Source: Carcharhinus longimanus (lineage: Eukaryota). Taken from it: a stretch of 64,000 nucleotides of DNA. How positions within the stretch are numbered: the stretch's first letter is position 1; each line of letters begins with the position of its first letter. This document shows, piece after piece, positions 1 through 11,915 of this stretch. Location of the stretch: positions 14,512,348-14,576,347 of the forward strand of contig JASCQW010000146.1 of NCBI GenBank assembly GCA_030264375.1. Direction: 5' to 3'. The notes under the pieces are model-generated. The model was given only the letters and a program-made list of their open reading frames with translations. It did not search any database and had not been told where the DNA came from. The translations under genes and the position numbers were made by a program.

Positions 1-76
1 TCTCACAACACCAGGTTAAAGTCCAACAGGTTTATTTGGTAGCACAAGCTTTCGGAGCACTGCTCCTTCATCAGGT
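1..76 (-). mobile_element. Penelope-like element end carrying a hammerhead-ribozyme-like core (truncated by window start)
   Basis: Minus strand reads CTGATGA-A-GGAGC-AGT-GCTCC-GAAA-GCTT...AATAAA-CCTGTTGGACTTTAACCTGGTGTTGTGAGA, a common shark repeat end; second partial copy at about 30326-30387. Confidence 0.65.
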
Positions 77-369
77 GCTTATCTAGTTTTTCCTTAAATG
101 CATCAATGCTATTCATTTTAACTACTCTATGTAGTCATGAGTTCCACATCATCACCATTCTCAATGAACTCCATTGGATATTTTCTACATTTATATTCAA
201 GGCAATGTCTCTACTGATACTCTATCATAATCTTAAAATAAATGAGGGCATCCTTCAACCAATTTAAAGAGCCTCAATCTGTTGACTCTTCACTGACATG
301 AACTTTTATTTCTGCTGTCATCAGAGTTTTTTTTAAGAAAAAGCCATATTGTTTAAAAATTCTCTTACA

Positions 370-862
370 GGGTGAGCTTCGCTGGCTCAGCTAGCATTTA
401 TTGCCCATCCCTAATTGCCCTTGCGAAGGTGGTGATGAGCTGCCTTCTTGAACAATTGTAATCAAGTAGTGTAGGTATACCAACAATGCTGTTAAGGAGG
501 GAATTCCAGGATTTTGATCCAGCGACAGTACGAATGGCCACATAGTTACAAGTCAGGATGCTGTGTGAATTGGCAAGAAAGTTTTTGGTGGTGGTGTTCC
601 CATCCATATGGCGTTCTTGTCCTGCCAGGTGGTAGAGGTGGAAGGCGCTGTTGAAGGAATCTTGATGAGCTGATGTAATGCATCTTGTGGATGGTACACA
701 CTTATGCATTGGAAGTGGATTTTTGTCAGTGATAACCCCCTTGATGTAGATAAAGGGAAGATAATGCCATTGAATATCATGGGGAGATGGTTGGATTCTC
801 TCTTGTTGAAGATAGTCATTGCCTCGCACTTGTTTGATGTGAATATTACTAAAGGTTTAACC
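370..862 (-). mobile_element. Degenerate LINE 3' fragment (shark RTE/CR1-class)
   Basis: Motif 'gcatttattgcccatccctaattgcccttg(a)gaaggtggtg' recurs at about 36555 and 39700; minus-strand translation gives LINE C-terminal-like pieces (SKSWNSLLNSIVG). Confidence 0.6.
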
Positions 863-1879
863 ATACTTGTGAAGAATATGGGGTGGAAGGTTAACTTTCT
901 GAGATGCTATTCAGCAGTGTGTGTTGGGCATGTTTTCCCTCTGAACGCTGTTCCTTCTCATTTCCCTAGATTAAGGGTTACGAAACCAAATACAGCTGAA
1001 CATATTTATGTGAGCAATGCTGATGTTCTGGGTAATTTACCTCTCCTGTTTGAATGCATTTTGAAGTGTTCCTCCAGAAAATCGAGATCCTTTCGTGAGC
1101 TGCACTATTAGGGCCTTGTTATTGACACTTTGGTTTCAGAGGGAATCACAATTTAGATGCAGGATTTTACTGTTAAAGAAATCGTATAATTATCTATTAT
1201 AGTATGAACGAAATGGGGGAATTTTAACTAAATCAAGCTATAAATATTGCAGCATTTAATATCTAGTTCATTCTGCCTTTCTCGGGCTAGGGCTTAAAAC
1301 ACTAAGAAACAATTTAAATGCAGGAGTTTGAATGTCAAAATTCTGATATTTATCCCCAGCATGGCTCCCAGATTCAAGGCTTCAATTCACATTAACTAGT
1401 CAATTTGATATGAAGTCTCTCAGTGACCAACACCATCTGTGACTGACCGCTAATCTCTAAGTGACCTTGTGATAATTACAGCTCCCCATTGCTAATTAGA
1501 TCAAGGTCAGCACCAACCGTTTGTTAAATGTATGCTTCATGTTTCTCTTCTGAATCCTTAAAAACATGTTTTGACAAAAACAAGGTATTGTGCAAAGTGT
1601 GATGCATAAGCTATATATCTCCAATTCCCACCTCCTGCTTCTTAATTATCTTTTATCAGCTTGGATCAAGCCGGGGGGAGAGCTGCTTCTCATTTGATTG
1701 TAACCGCCTCACAGATGAAAAGAAAAGGCTGAGCGGGTAAAAAAAATCATTCAGCTGATTATTGCTGGAGTTTGTACATTCTTCTGCAGTCACCACTTTC
1801 TGAAGCAGTTGCTGCATCAGCAGCTTGTGAATGTCTAGCGCGCTCTGAGATGTTTCAGAAGTAGAACGTTACATTGAAA

Positions 1880-2140
1880 ATAAGAACATAAGAAGCAAGA
1901 GCAAACCACAGGGAGCATACCGTCCCTTGAGCCTACTACGCCAGTTAAAACGAACATGGCTGATCTTATACATCAATCTGTTTGCACCCCACATCCCTTC
2001 ATTNNNNNNNNNNNNNNNNNNNNNNNNNNNNNNNNNNNNNNNNNNNNNNNNNNNNNNNNNNNNNNNNNNNNNNNNNNNNNNNNNNNNNNNNNNNNNNNNN
2101 NNNCTCAATCTGTTTGCACCCCACATCCCTTCATTCCTCG
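1880..2140 (-). mobile_element. CR1-like LINE 3' end, interrupted by a gap
   Basis: AAGAACATAAGAA tail on + and CR1 3'UTR-like sequence; related tail at 58944-59017. Confidence 0.55.
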
Positions 2141-2574
2141 AGAGGCACGGCGCAATTCTCCCAATCACACTCTTTGGTGCTGCCGCCAGTGGGAGAGTCA
2201 GAGAGATTCCTGGCAGCGCTTGCCAGAATCTATTCAATTCATGTCTCACCCCTCGGGAATCATGCTGCGCTGAATGGTGCAGGCATGCTGGAATCAACGA
2301 TCAGTTGTGGAATTGATGATCAATTGTTCAGCTGGCGTTCGAGACCACTTCCTGCTTTTCCTTCTGCCAGAAGATCTGAAGGAACAATAACCTATTGTCA
2401 CATTACTGCAGGAGGCTTTTATGTTACATCCTTCATCATCCCAACATTTTTGATTTGTAACTATAGATTAAGTTCTGTACTGCAGCAAGAACCCAGAAAA
2501 ATATTCAATCCTGTAATTGAATTGCTCCCTCAAAATTTAATCAGGTTTGGGTCAATCCTGGTTAGGTGCATTGA

Positions 2575-2680
2575 CCCCAACAAGCACCAGAGTGTGGCGA
2601 CTAGGGGAATTTCAATCAAAGTAACTTTATTGCAGTGGTAATGTAAGCCTTACTTGTGACTAATAAATAAACTTTACTTT
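2575..2680 (+). mobile_element. Shark SINE 3' end
   Basis: 'gagtgtggcgactagg...aactttattgcagtggtaatgtaagccttacttgtgactaataaataaactttac' closely resembles 52025-52103. Confidence 0.6.
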
Positions 2681-3059
2681 CCCCTTATAAGGCTGAATAG
2701 ATAGTAAACACAATTTCCATGTAAAAAATGATAGGACTGAAGCAAACTTGTAGTTTTCTCCATGACAACTGCATTTCAATGGTTCTATCTTTCACACAAG
2801 CCCACGATAATAGAATGAGATGTAGTTCTCATGTAGAAAATGGGTTTAGTGTAGGAGCAACAGGATGGCACAGTACACTCAGGTTTTCAGTTTGTATCAA
2901 TAAAGCAGAGAGATGTAGATTAGTGCATATAATGCCTCACAAGTCTCCAATCCCATCTAATCATTGGAAGGCAAAGACCACCCACACTGGAAGGGAAAGT
3001 TACTCCAATACCAGCCCATGCATACTCCCTAGTGAATTGCTTGATGTGGCTCCTGCTCT

Positions 3060-3482
3060 GCCCAGGACCACAAGAGACTATAAAAGGTTGTGAATGTAAT
3101 CCAATCCATCACGCAAACCAGCCTCCCATCCATTGGCTCTGTCTACGCTTCCCGCTGCCTTGACAAAGCAGCCAGCATAATTAAGGACCTCATGCACCCT
3201 GGACATATTCTCTTCCACCTTCTTCCATTGGGAAAAAGATATAAACGTCAGAGGACACGTACCAACCGACTCAAGAACAGCTTCTTCCCTGTTGCCATCA
3301 GACTTTTAAATGGACCTACTTTGCATTAAGTTGATCCTTCTCTACACCCTAGTTATAACTGTAACACTACATTCTGCACTCTCTCATTTCCTTCTCTATG
3401 AACGGTATGCTTTGTCTGTACAGCACACAAGGAACAATACTATGCTAATACATGTGACAATATTAAATCAAATCAAATCAAA
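3060..3482 (+). mobile_element. Rex1/Babar-like LINE 3' end
   Basis: ORF 3090-3329 (AASIIKDLMHPGHILFHLLPLGKRYKRQRTRTNRLKNSFFPVAIRLLN) is the typical Rex1 ORF C-terminus; (AAATC)n tail at about 3465-3482. Confidence 0.8.
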
Positions 3483-3529
3483 TTATGGCATATCTGATGT
3501 GGCCTCTACTTTTCTGCCTACTCCCTACA

Positions 3530-3835
3530 CTCTTTGACTCCCTTATCAGTCAAGAAGCTATCAAACTCAGCCTTATAAATATTCAATGGCCCAGACTCCA
3601 CTGCTGAATGGGGAAGAGAGTTCCAAAGACTAATGATCCCCTGAGAAAAAGATTTTCCTCATCATAGTCTGAAATGGGAGACTCCTTATTTTTAAATTGT
3701 ACCTCCTAGATTTGCCCACATGAGGAAAAGTCCTCTCCGCATCCAACTTGTCAAGCCCACTCAAGATCTTTGTATGTTTTAATAAGATCACTTTCCATTC
3801 TTCTGAACTGCACTGGATACAAGCCTAAATCAACC
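3530..3835 (-). mobile_element. CR1-like LINE 3' fragment
   Basis: Reverse complement resembles the CR1 RT C-terminus (FFSQ..W-N-S-L-P region). Confidence 0.55.
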
Positions 3836-4064
3836 TCTGGGTTAGACAATTCTAAAGATTAACAACTCTTTGAATAAAGAAATTTATACTCATGTTAGTT
3901 CTTAATCCCTTATTGTGAGTCTCCCCTGTCAATGTCCTAGACTTCCAAGTCAATGGGCCCACAGAAACACATGATCTAACAGCATAGTTACACAGGGAAG
4001 GGGAACAGGAACCAAAAAATATCAAACACAATGACGCACACAGCATCTGAATCCAATGACATCT

Positions 4065-5030
4065 TATATTTATTTAGTATATTTAACACAATAAAAAATC
4101 TCAAGGTACTTCACAAAGGTATTATAAAACAGATGACACCAAGCCACATAGGGAGATGTTAAAGCAAATACCAAAAAGCTTGGTCAAAGAGGGGAGTTTT
4201 ACAAAGCATTTGGAATAAGATAAGGAAGGTGAAAGATAGAAAAGTTTAGTGAAGGAATTCCAGAACTTGGGGCCCTGCCAGCTGAAGGCATGATCAGTAA
4301 TGGTAAAGTGATTAAAATCAGGGATGCTCAGTAGGCCAGAATCAAAGGAGTGCAGATATCTTGGATATTTTGGGGGCTGGAGGTTATAGAGATCAGGAGG
4401 GGTGAATACATAGGGGAATTTGGAGGCAAGTTTGAGAATTTTAAAATCGACATGTTGCTTAACCAGGAGCCAGTGCAGACCAGTGAGCACGGCGAGAATG
4501 GGTGAAGAAGACTTCATGGTGCAATTTAGAGCTTGGGGAGCAGGGTTTTGAATGAACTCAAGTTTATGGAGGGTGTAAAGCAGGAGACCCACCAGGATAG
4601 TCACGTCTGGACATTACAAAGCATGGATAAGGGTTTCAGCTGCAGATGGAGACAGGGCTAGAGTCAGGTAATGTTATGGGAGTAGAAATAAATAGTCTTT
4701 GTGATGGTGTGGACATGTGGTTGGAAGCTCATTTTGATGTCACATATGACACCAAATTTGCAAGCAGTTTGACTTGGCCTTAGACTGTTGCCAGGGAGAG
4801 GGATAGAGTCAGTGGCAATGAAGTAGCATTGGCAATAGGACCAAAGACAATGGTCTTCCTAATGTTTAATTGGAGGAAATGGCTGAGTGACAGGCCAGCA
4901 GTGTGTCAGTTTAGAAACATGGAGGAATTGGGAGAAGTGCTGGCATGATAGTGCTGGGTGTCATCAGTGTACATATGGAAATTAATGTTGCTAAGCAGTA
5001 GCATGTAGATGAGAGATAGGAGGAGACCTT
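4065..5030 (-). mobile_element. L2-like LINE 3' fragment
   Basis: ORF 4122-4604: KLEFIQNPA...SPILAVLTGLHWLLVKQHVDFKILKL...AFSWQGPKFWNS, the L2 ORF2 C-terminal motifs. Confidence 0.75.
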
Positions 5031-5039
5031 GCAGATTAC

Positions 5040-5605
5040 TGTGCAGGAGCTTGACTTAGCTCTTGTATCAGCTCATCTGCTGCTGAAAGGTTTTTGTTTT
5101 CTCTAGACTTGTTTATTTCTTGGCTAGTCTCCCACATTCCAGCTTCCAAGAACTTGAGGCCACCCAAAACTGTGTTGCCCATGCTCTTGCTCACACTAAG
5201 CCCCTTTCTCCAATCACCCCAATGCTCACTGGGCTCCTGTGCAAGAAATGTAGTCTTTTTAAGACTTTCATCCTTCAAGCCCTACCTCCAGCCTATCTCT
5301 GGATCCTTTTCTAGCCCCACAACCCTCAAGATGCTTGCAATCCTCAAATTCTGGCCTCCTGTGCATTCCCAATTTTAATGGTTCTATTATTGGTGCCCAT
5401 GCCTTCCATTGCTTTGACCCTAAACTCTGGAATACCTTCTGGGCATCTCACTGTCTCTCTATTTTGCCTTCCCCCTTTCAGACACTTCTTAAAACCCACT
5501 TCTTTGTCTAAGCTTTTGGTCGTCAGATCTAATTCTTCTTATTTTGTCATGGTCCTCTGAAATGCTTTGGGTGATACCTTAAAGGCCACTATATCAATAA
5601 GTGTT
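5040..5605 (+). mobile_element. L2-like LINE 3' fragment, opposite orientation to its neighbour
   Basis: Same motif series on + (SPITPMLTGL; 'ccctaaactctggaatacc'; 'cttcttaaaacccacttcttt'). Confidence 0.65.
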
Positions 5606-6640
5606 GTCACTGCTGCTGTTCACAGAAGGTTTTAACTTAATTGTACAAAGAGATCATGGGACAGAAAGTGTAGGAATAATGGAGTTATGTTTCGTTAGCT
5701 ACATAGAGGAGTGAGTGATTTTGAAAGATTCATTTATGAGACTACCTAGATTGAATGTGATGTCTTTTCTGATCCAGAATATTCGAACATTCTTACCAAA
5801 GCCTTTGCCCAATACCCGAAAGCAAGGCTGAATTCATGCTGTTGGTATTGGTGTTTGGACATTGAATGAATTCACCTTCCCACTTAAAATAAAGTTAGCA
5901 CAATTATTCTAAACTACCAATTCTCCATAAAAAATTCTTCAGTGGAGTATCAGAACTACCCTCCCCACGTCTAAAATTAAAATTGTCTCAGAACAAACAA
6001 CCTCCCAAAAATTCACCTGAGATAAAAGAAACAAAACCAGGTTAAGAAAAATCAAAGGAGACAAATGGGAATTAAAGAAGAATGGAATAAAATATGGGAA
6101 ATCAATGATTCATTTTCCGAAATATCTAAGAGAATCATGAATTTGAGATAAAAGTAGTGGGAGTCTGCCAGAAAATTAAATGAAACAGGATGGGAATGCT
6201 GAGATATGTGAAACCAAGTTCAAAGGGAGAGATAGAAATTGAAAACAATTGAAAATAAATTGGTAAAAGGGCAATGAAACAAAGAGAGAGAAAATGATTA
6301 CAAGTGATAAACAATCACTAGGCCAGGACAAAGACTGGCAACTAGTGGTTTACACACTGAGCCAATACATGTGACTGTACTTCAACGTCATTGGGTTGTA
6401 CACTTGGAGTGGGTGATGGAATCAGGATGGGATTAATTATCCATAAACATCTCAGTAGTGATGCATTTAAGATAACCTAGGCAAGCATATGGATGGAAAG
6501 GAATAGAGGGCTGTGCTGAGAGTTTTAGATGAGCAAAGACAGGAGGAGGCTGGTGTAGAGCATAAAAGCTGACGTTGATTGTTGGATTGAACGACTTGCT
6601 TCTGTGCTGTATATCCTATGTCACCCAATGTATGGAGGAG

Positions 6641-7719
6641 TGTTATGATCCCAGTTGATGTCTTAACTGGACAGGTAGATTTCAGAGTGGAACCCTAGCT
6701 CAAAAAACCATAACTTTTATTTTTTTATTAAATATGGAGGAACAAAGTCACAAGACTGCCAGTTGAAGCTGCAGTGGTCTAATTTACACACAAATTCCCT
6801 TTGATGCACACAGATTGCCTGTGGTTAAATTCAAACTCCAATTTGAAACACCAAGCAAATGTCTATGGATAACTCCTCAAAATATTCCCAGACGATTGTC
6901 ATATGAGATTTTCCAAACTCCACTCTCAAAAACATGCTTTAAAATCTTCTCTCATAATAATGCTTTCCCTTGATTGTTTGCATTCTGAAATCCAGTCCAT
7001 ATTTCCCAAATTACTCTTCTGCTCCACTTCCACCAGAAAATCCAGTCCAGGACTTTACCCCAACCCCTTTTAAGATTTCTTTGTATGAAATGCTTCAACA
7101 CAAACTCGGAAATCCAGCCATTGATTTGCTTGATTAAGTCAAATAAAGTCTCACAAACTGTAGTAATGTCTCACAAACCTTAGCATTACTGCAGATATCT
7201 TTATAGCCTCCCTTGGTCCAACTTTCTGTGACTTTACTAAACAGTGAACTGTTCTTGTTCCCTGGTCCCTTGTTCTGTTTAACTCCAGACTTCTTAAGAA
7301 ACCTTGTCCCAATTCCCTGGTTATCTGGACTGTAACTTGTTCCTTAGGAAACTTGCATCATTGCAATTCCCTTGTCATGGTTCAGCTTGTCCTGGCAGAG
7401 TTGTGAGCTGTTCACTCCTCAGTGATCTGGCTGCAAATGGTCTGGGAAGTGGGCCTCCTGTTGCTCAGCAATTCCCCCATGCTTATGATTTTTCACACTG
7501 CAGCCCTCTACAAGCAAAATAGACTCACAGTTGGAACTTAATCAACCTCCACACATACAAACGCCTTTGTCCGGCATGAATCTAGCTACAGGTTCCCTCC
7601 AGGCAAAGAAACATTAAATGAAACCCAACTAAAACCGTATCTTACTTTGAATACTTACCAGTACAAATACCAATACAAATACAAAACTATCTTTGATTTC
7701 CCAACAGCAGGTTGTCACC
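6641..7719. mobile_element. Probable decayed solo LTR (~1.1 kb)
   Basis: Begins TGTTATGA and ends ...TTGTCAC; non-coding, with composition distinct from flanks; termini imperfect and no clear TSD. Confidence 0.35.
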
Positions 7720-7981
7720 TGAAGTGGCAATGAGGGCCAAGGTGAAATAATAGAACTGTAAGTCTGCCCTGAGGCACTTTCTCTCACAATTCTTGCAGCC
7801 TGATTGTATGAAATATACACAATGCAACATCAATAACCTGGAGTTGTGAGCTTCCTCATCTCTGCTTTTAATTTTTTATCTGGAAACTTTGTCATTTTAC
7901 AGTCGTGAGTGTAGCCTGATGGATTATTCTGACTGGATAAACCTGGTGGATGTCCTGCTGAATATATAGCCTAGTGGATTT

Positions 7982-8462
7982 CATAGAAACCCTACAGTGC
8001 AGAAGGAGGCCGCTCAGCTCATCGAGTCTGCACTGACAACAATCCCACCCAGGCCCTATCCCCGTAATCCCACATATTTACTCTGCTAATCCCCCTAACC
8101 TTTGCATCCCAGGACAATAAGGGGCAAGTTAGCATGGCCAATCAACCTAACCCACACATCTTTGGACTCTGGGAGGAAACTGGAGCACCTGGAGGAAACC
8201 CATGCAGACACAGGGAGAATGTGCNNNNNNNNNNNNNNNNNNNNNNNNNNNNNNNNNNNNNNNNNNNNNNNNNNNNNNNNNNNNNNNNNNNNNNNNNNNN
8301 NNNNNNNNNNNNNNNNNNNNNNNNGGAAACTGGAGCACCTGGAGGAAACCCATGCAGACACAGGGAGAATGTGCAAACTCCACACAGACAGTGACCCAAG
8401 CCGGGGATCGAGCCCTGATCCCTGGGCTGTGAGGTAGCAATGCTAACCACTGTGCCACTGAG
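7982..8462 (-). mobile_element. HE1-type tRNA-derived SINE (full length, gapped)
   Basis: Minus strand starts with a tRNA-like head (GTGGCACAGTGGTTAGCATTGCT..CTCACAGC...GGGCTCGATCCCCGGC, A/B boxes), followed by the body 'GTGGAGTTTGCACATTCTCCC' and a CR1-like 3' tail. Confidence 0.85.
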
Positions 8463-9639
8463 CTACCCACTCTGATTGATTTTCCTGTATTCTATCTGGG
8501 GTGTGATGGATATCTGCCAGGTAGATGTTGTCTTCTGTATATAAAGGAGGATATGTGGGGTTGAGGGATATAATGAGAAGGTGGGTAGCTTGAATTGAAC
8601 AATGGAGTGAGAAAGTGGGCAAATGGGGCTGAGGGATATGTTGGTGGATTGTTGGAGTTGAAGAATATGGTATGAAAATGGAGGTCAAATGATATGGCAA
8701 AACGGGAGCGCCATAGCTGGCCATTGGACTTTGCCTTTGTGCAACCAAACCTGTAGGCCCAAGCACAGCTTTCTGGCAGGAACATTAAGGAAATGGATCT
8801 ACAGGATTCAGGTCACCATGGAGCCAGGTATCAAGCCACAAGCTGCAAGGATGCCAGCAGGCAATGCATATCATGACTGGCACGGGCAGTCATTATCAAA
8901 GTCTGTCCCTCTCTTAATTTGCTTGTCACCACCTTCTGCCGGTTGTCACCTGCTGTCAGGCGCTGACTGAGTGTCTGTTACTAATGCAGCACCCCTTCCA
9001 TCTCACCAGAGGTTGAATGGGGTTTTGGCTGCTAAACCTCCCAATAGCTTGACAGCACTCTCTTGTTTCCAAGTCTATATGCTCTCTTCAGCAATTCATT
9101 CTAAGCCTCAAGCAATTTTGAAAAAGCTGAAATTTGCAGCCAATTTAAACCCTAAAATCTTTTTTGCACCTCGATCCCATGCAGCCGCTTACTGTCAAAT
9201 GGCCACATTCCTTTATTTTTCCTGGTGTGCAGTTTCCTGCCCCACCCATTTGATGTGCTGCCATCTCTAAGCCCTTTTGGACATTAATGGGTGCGTCAGT
9301 GGCTGTGCCAATGCATTGCCAATGTCCATGGTCCCCGTACTGAATATACCCATTCAAACACTGGACCCAATAATGCAGCAGTAAGATATGTAATGGAATG
9401 GCAGAGAGTGGCATGGGATTAATAATCCCAAGTTTTATGATCTTTAGGAAGATGAGCAGGAAAAGAGAGAGGGAGAGCGATTGCCTAATGGATGTTGTTG
9501 GAGAACTGACTGCAGCAAAGTGGACTGCACTCTTGTTTCTGAGTCAGAAGCTTTGAGTGCACAGCGATTCATAGACTCATAAAATAATATGACACAGAAA
9601 AAAGCCATTTAGTCCATTGAGTCTGCACCAACTCTTTCA

Positions 9640-10012
9640 AACATCAGAGCACAAAATCCAGGCTCCAATGCAAAGGGAGTGCTGCATTGTTCAGAGATGC
9701 TGCTTTAGGTGATATGTTAAACTAAAGCCCTGCCTACCCTCTTGGGTGGATGTAAGAGAAATCCCATCACCCGATATCAAAGAGGACAGGGGAGGTTTCC
9801 CTGGTGTCCTAGGCCAATGTTTATCCCTCAACCAACATCAGTAAAACAGATTATCTGTTCATTTATCTCATTGCTGTTTGTGTGATCTTTCCGTGCAAAT
9901 TAACCGTTGCATTTTCTATCTTACAGCAGTGACCATATTTCAAGAATACTGGCTATAAATTGCTTTGGGATGTTGTGAGTTTGTGAAAGATGCTGTAGAA
10001 ATGCAAGTCATT
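9640..10012 (+). mobile_element. DeuSINE-like SINE (SacSINE1/AmnSINE1 Deu-domain type)
   Basis: 'agggagtgctgcattgtt...gatatgttaaactaaagccctgcc...ggtggatgtaaga..atccca...ccctggtgtcctaggccaat' matches the Deu-domain pattern as recalled; copies at about 53475-53770 and 61715-61975. Confidence 0.65.
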
Positions 10013-10760
10013 TTATATACTGTGGACAACTAGTTACATTCTTCACACTTGTAGTGTCATCCCAGAAAGATTGTTACATATAATGATGTGTGACTGGTAG
10101 GAATAGAATTAATATGTCAGCTACCAGCATCTATGTGGCAGGAGGTTTTAATGAGTTTTAAATAGCCTTTTTTATTTAGCCAGCTTTATTGTTGGGTGCA
10201 CAATTCAGTGAATGGCATAATTAATCTTTCTCTAGTTAACATCTTGTTACCTCTCCTCAAACATACTTCCAGCTGTTTCACTGCATTACACTCAGGTCAA
10301 GAGCTTGGCTCTATGTGCTTCATGGTGCTAAACCCTCTTGTGAGTCCTCATACATCAGCACAATCATGTGTGAGGAACAGGTAGCAGACCCAGTTAGAGG
10401 CCAAGAAACTGAGACAGGCCGGAAGATAGCAGACTAGTGACTGAGATAGGAATAGGACCTTGGACTGGGGAGTCCAAGGAGCAAGGGAGGGAGGAGGGAA
10501 GATATCACAGCATCAGTGGAGAGCTTGCAAACAACTCTTTGACGTATTAGCTTTTACATAGAAGATTAGAAATATGTTTATTGGACAATTCCAAGGATTG
10601 GAGGATTTGTCTACATAATCCAAATACTGGTCCTTACCAATGTACATTGGGCTGATGAACCTTGGATAGTAGGTTTGGAAAAGGAAAACACAAACAAATC
10701 ATTTGCTGATGCTTTCTGATTCTGTCTCCTGATCCTTTGCTGAGGTTTAATTCTTACAAA

Positions 10761-10925
10761 GATGTGTGGGTTAGGTGGATTGGCCATGCTAAAATTGCCC
10801 ATAAATGTCAGGGGGATTAGCAGGGTAAATACGTGGGGTTGCGGAGATAGGGCCTGGGTGGGAGTGTTGCCACTGCAGACTTGATGGGCTGAATGGTCTT
10901 TTTCTGCACTGTAGAGATTCTATGG
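10761..10925 (+). mobile_element. HE1-type SINE 3' half
   Basis: 'gatgtgtgggttaggtggattggccatgctaaaattgccc...gcactgtagagattctatg' is the reverse complement of 7982-8160. Confidence 0.8.
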
Positions 10926-11779
10926 TTATATATTACATGATTATATTTTAAAACTAAACAACCTTTATTTAAAATGATCGGCACAAGTTCACACAACCTT
11001 TCTGTACTAGGGTCTTTGAATTCTACTGGGTGATCAATCTGTCCCATTCAAGGCTGTTGTATCTATTTCATTGTTGTCCTCCTTTTTGAAGCAAGTTCCT
11101 GTTGATTTCCTCTGCAAGTCAATCCCCCTCTCTTTCCGTATGTTCTCCTGTACATTCTTCATGATTAGACCTTGAACACCATTGGTTAAGCCTCAGTAAT
11201 TGGTAATTTAGGCTTTGATCATGAATTTACCATGAAGAAATGTGGTAGGCAGGCGAATGATTAAGGCAGGGTATACCACATGTGATTTATCTGACCACAA
11301 GAAGGCAGGAATTAAGAGCAGGAGTAGGGATTTTGGCTCTTTGAGCCTGCTCCGCTATTTGATAAGAACATGGCCAATCCAATTGAAGCCTCAACTCCAC
11401 CTTCCTGTCTGTCCTCACATAACGTTCAACTCCCTTGTTGATCATAAATCTGTTTAATACAACCTTAAGTGTATTCAATGATCCAGACTAACTGGATGCT
11501 GTTTGGAAGAGTTGGAACTGACTTAATGGCCTTCTTCTGCGGCTAAACTATCCTATGATTCTACATGTCTTGCCTTTGTTTCAAGTTCTATTGTCCAATC
11601 ATTATTTTCTTATGGGATGTGAATGTCACTGACAAGGATAGCATTTGTTGCCCAAAACTAATTGTCCTTAATGACCTTGTTTATTGACAGATTCGCTGTC
11701 ATATTTAACTGTCTCTGTAATCTCTTCATTCCTTTCTCTGAAGACCCTAAAAACCTGTTCAGAATTTCCGTTATTTTCT

Positions 11780-11915
11780 GTTGAGTTTTGCAGCTTTTAA
11801 TTCCAGATTTTTTTATTGAATTGCACTGGTGGGATTTGAACCCCAAGCCCCAGCACAGTACCCTGCATCTTTGGATTATTAGTCCAGTGACAATACCACT
11901 TTGTCACCGCCTGCC
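11780..11915 (-). mobile_element. Shark tRNA-derived SINE fragment
   Basis: Minus: GTGGTATTGTCACTGGACTAATAATCC...GGTTCAAATCCCACC; same family at 26925-27265, 36925-37200 and about 60700-60930. Confidence 0.6.

Noticed and set aside
1869-2641. Long ORFs spanning N gaps (also 8095-8470, 42345-42932, 53920-54326, 56275-56701)
   Set aside because: Length is inflated by runs of N and the sequence lies in repeats.
8395-8462. tRNA gene
   Set aside because: A/B-box head runs directly into a SINE body and LINE-like tail; no full cloverleaf.
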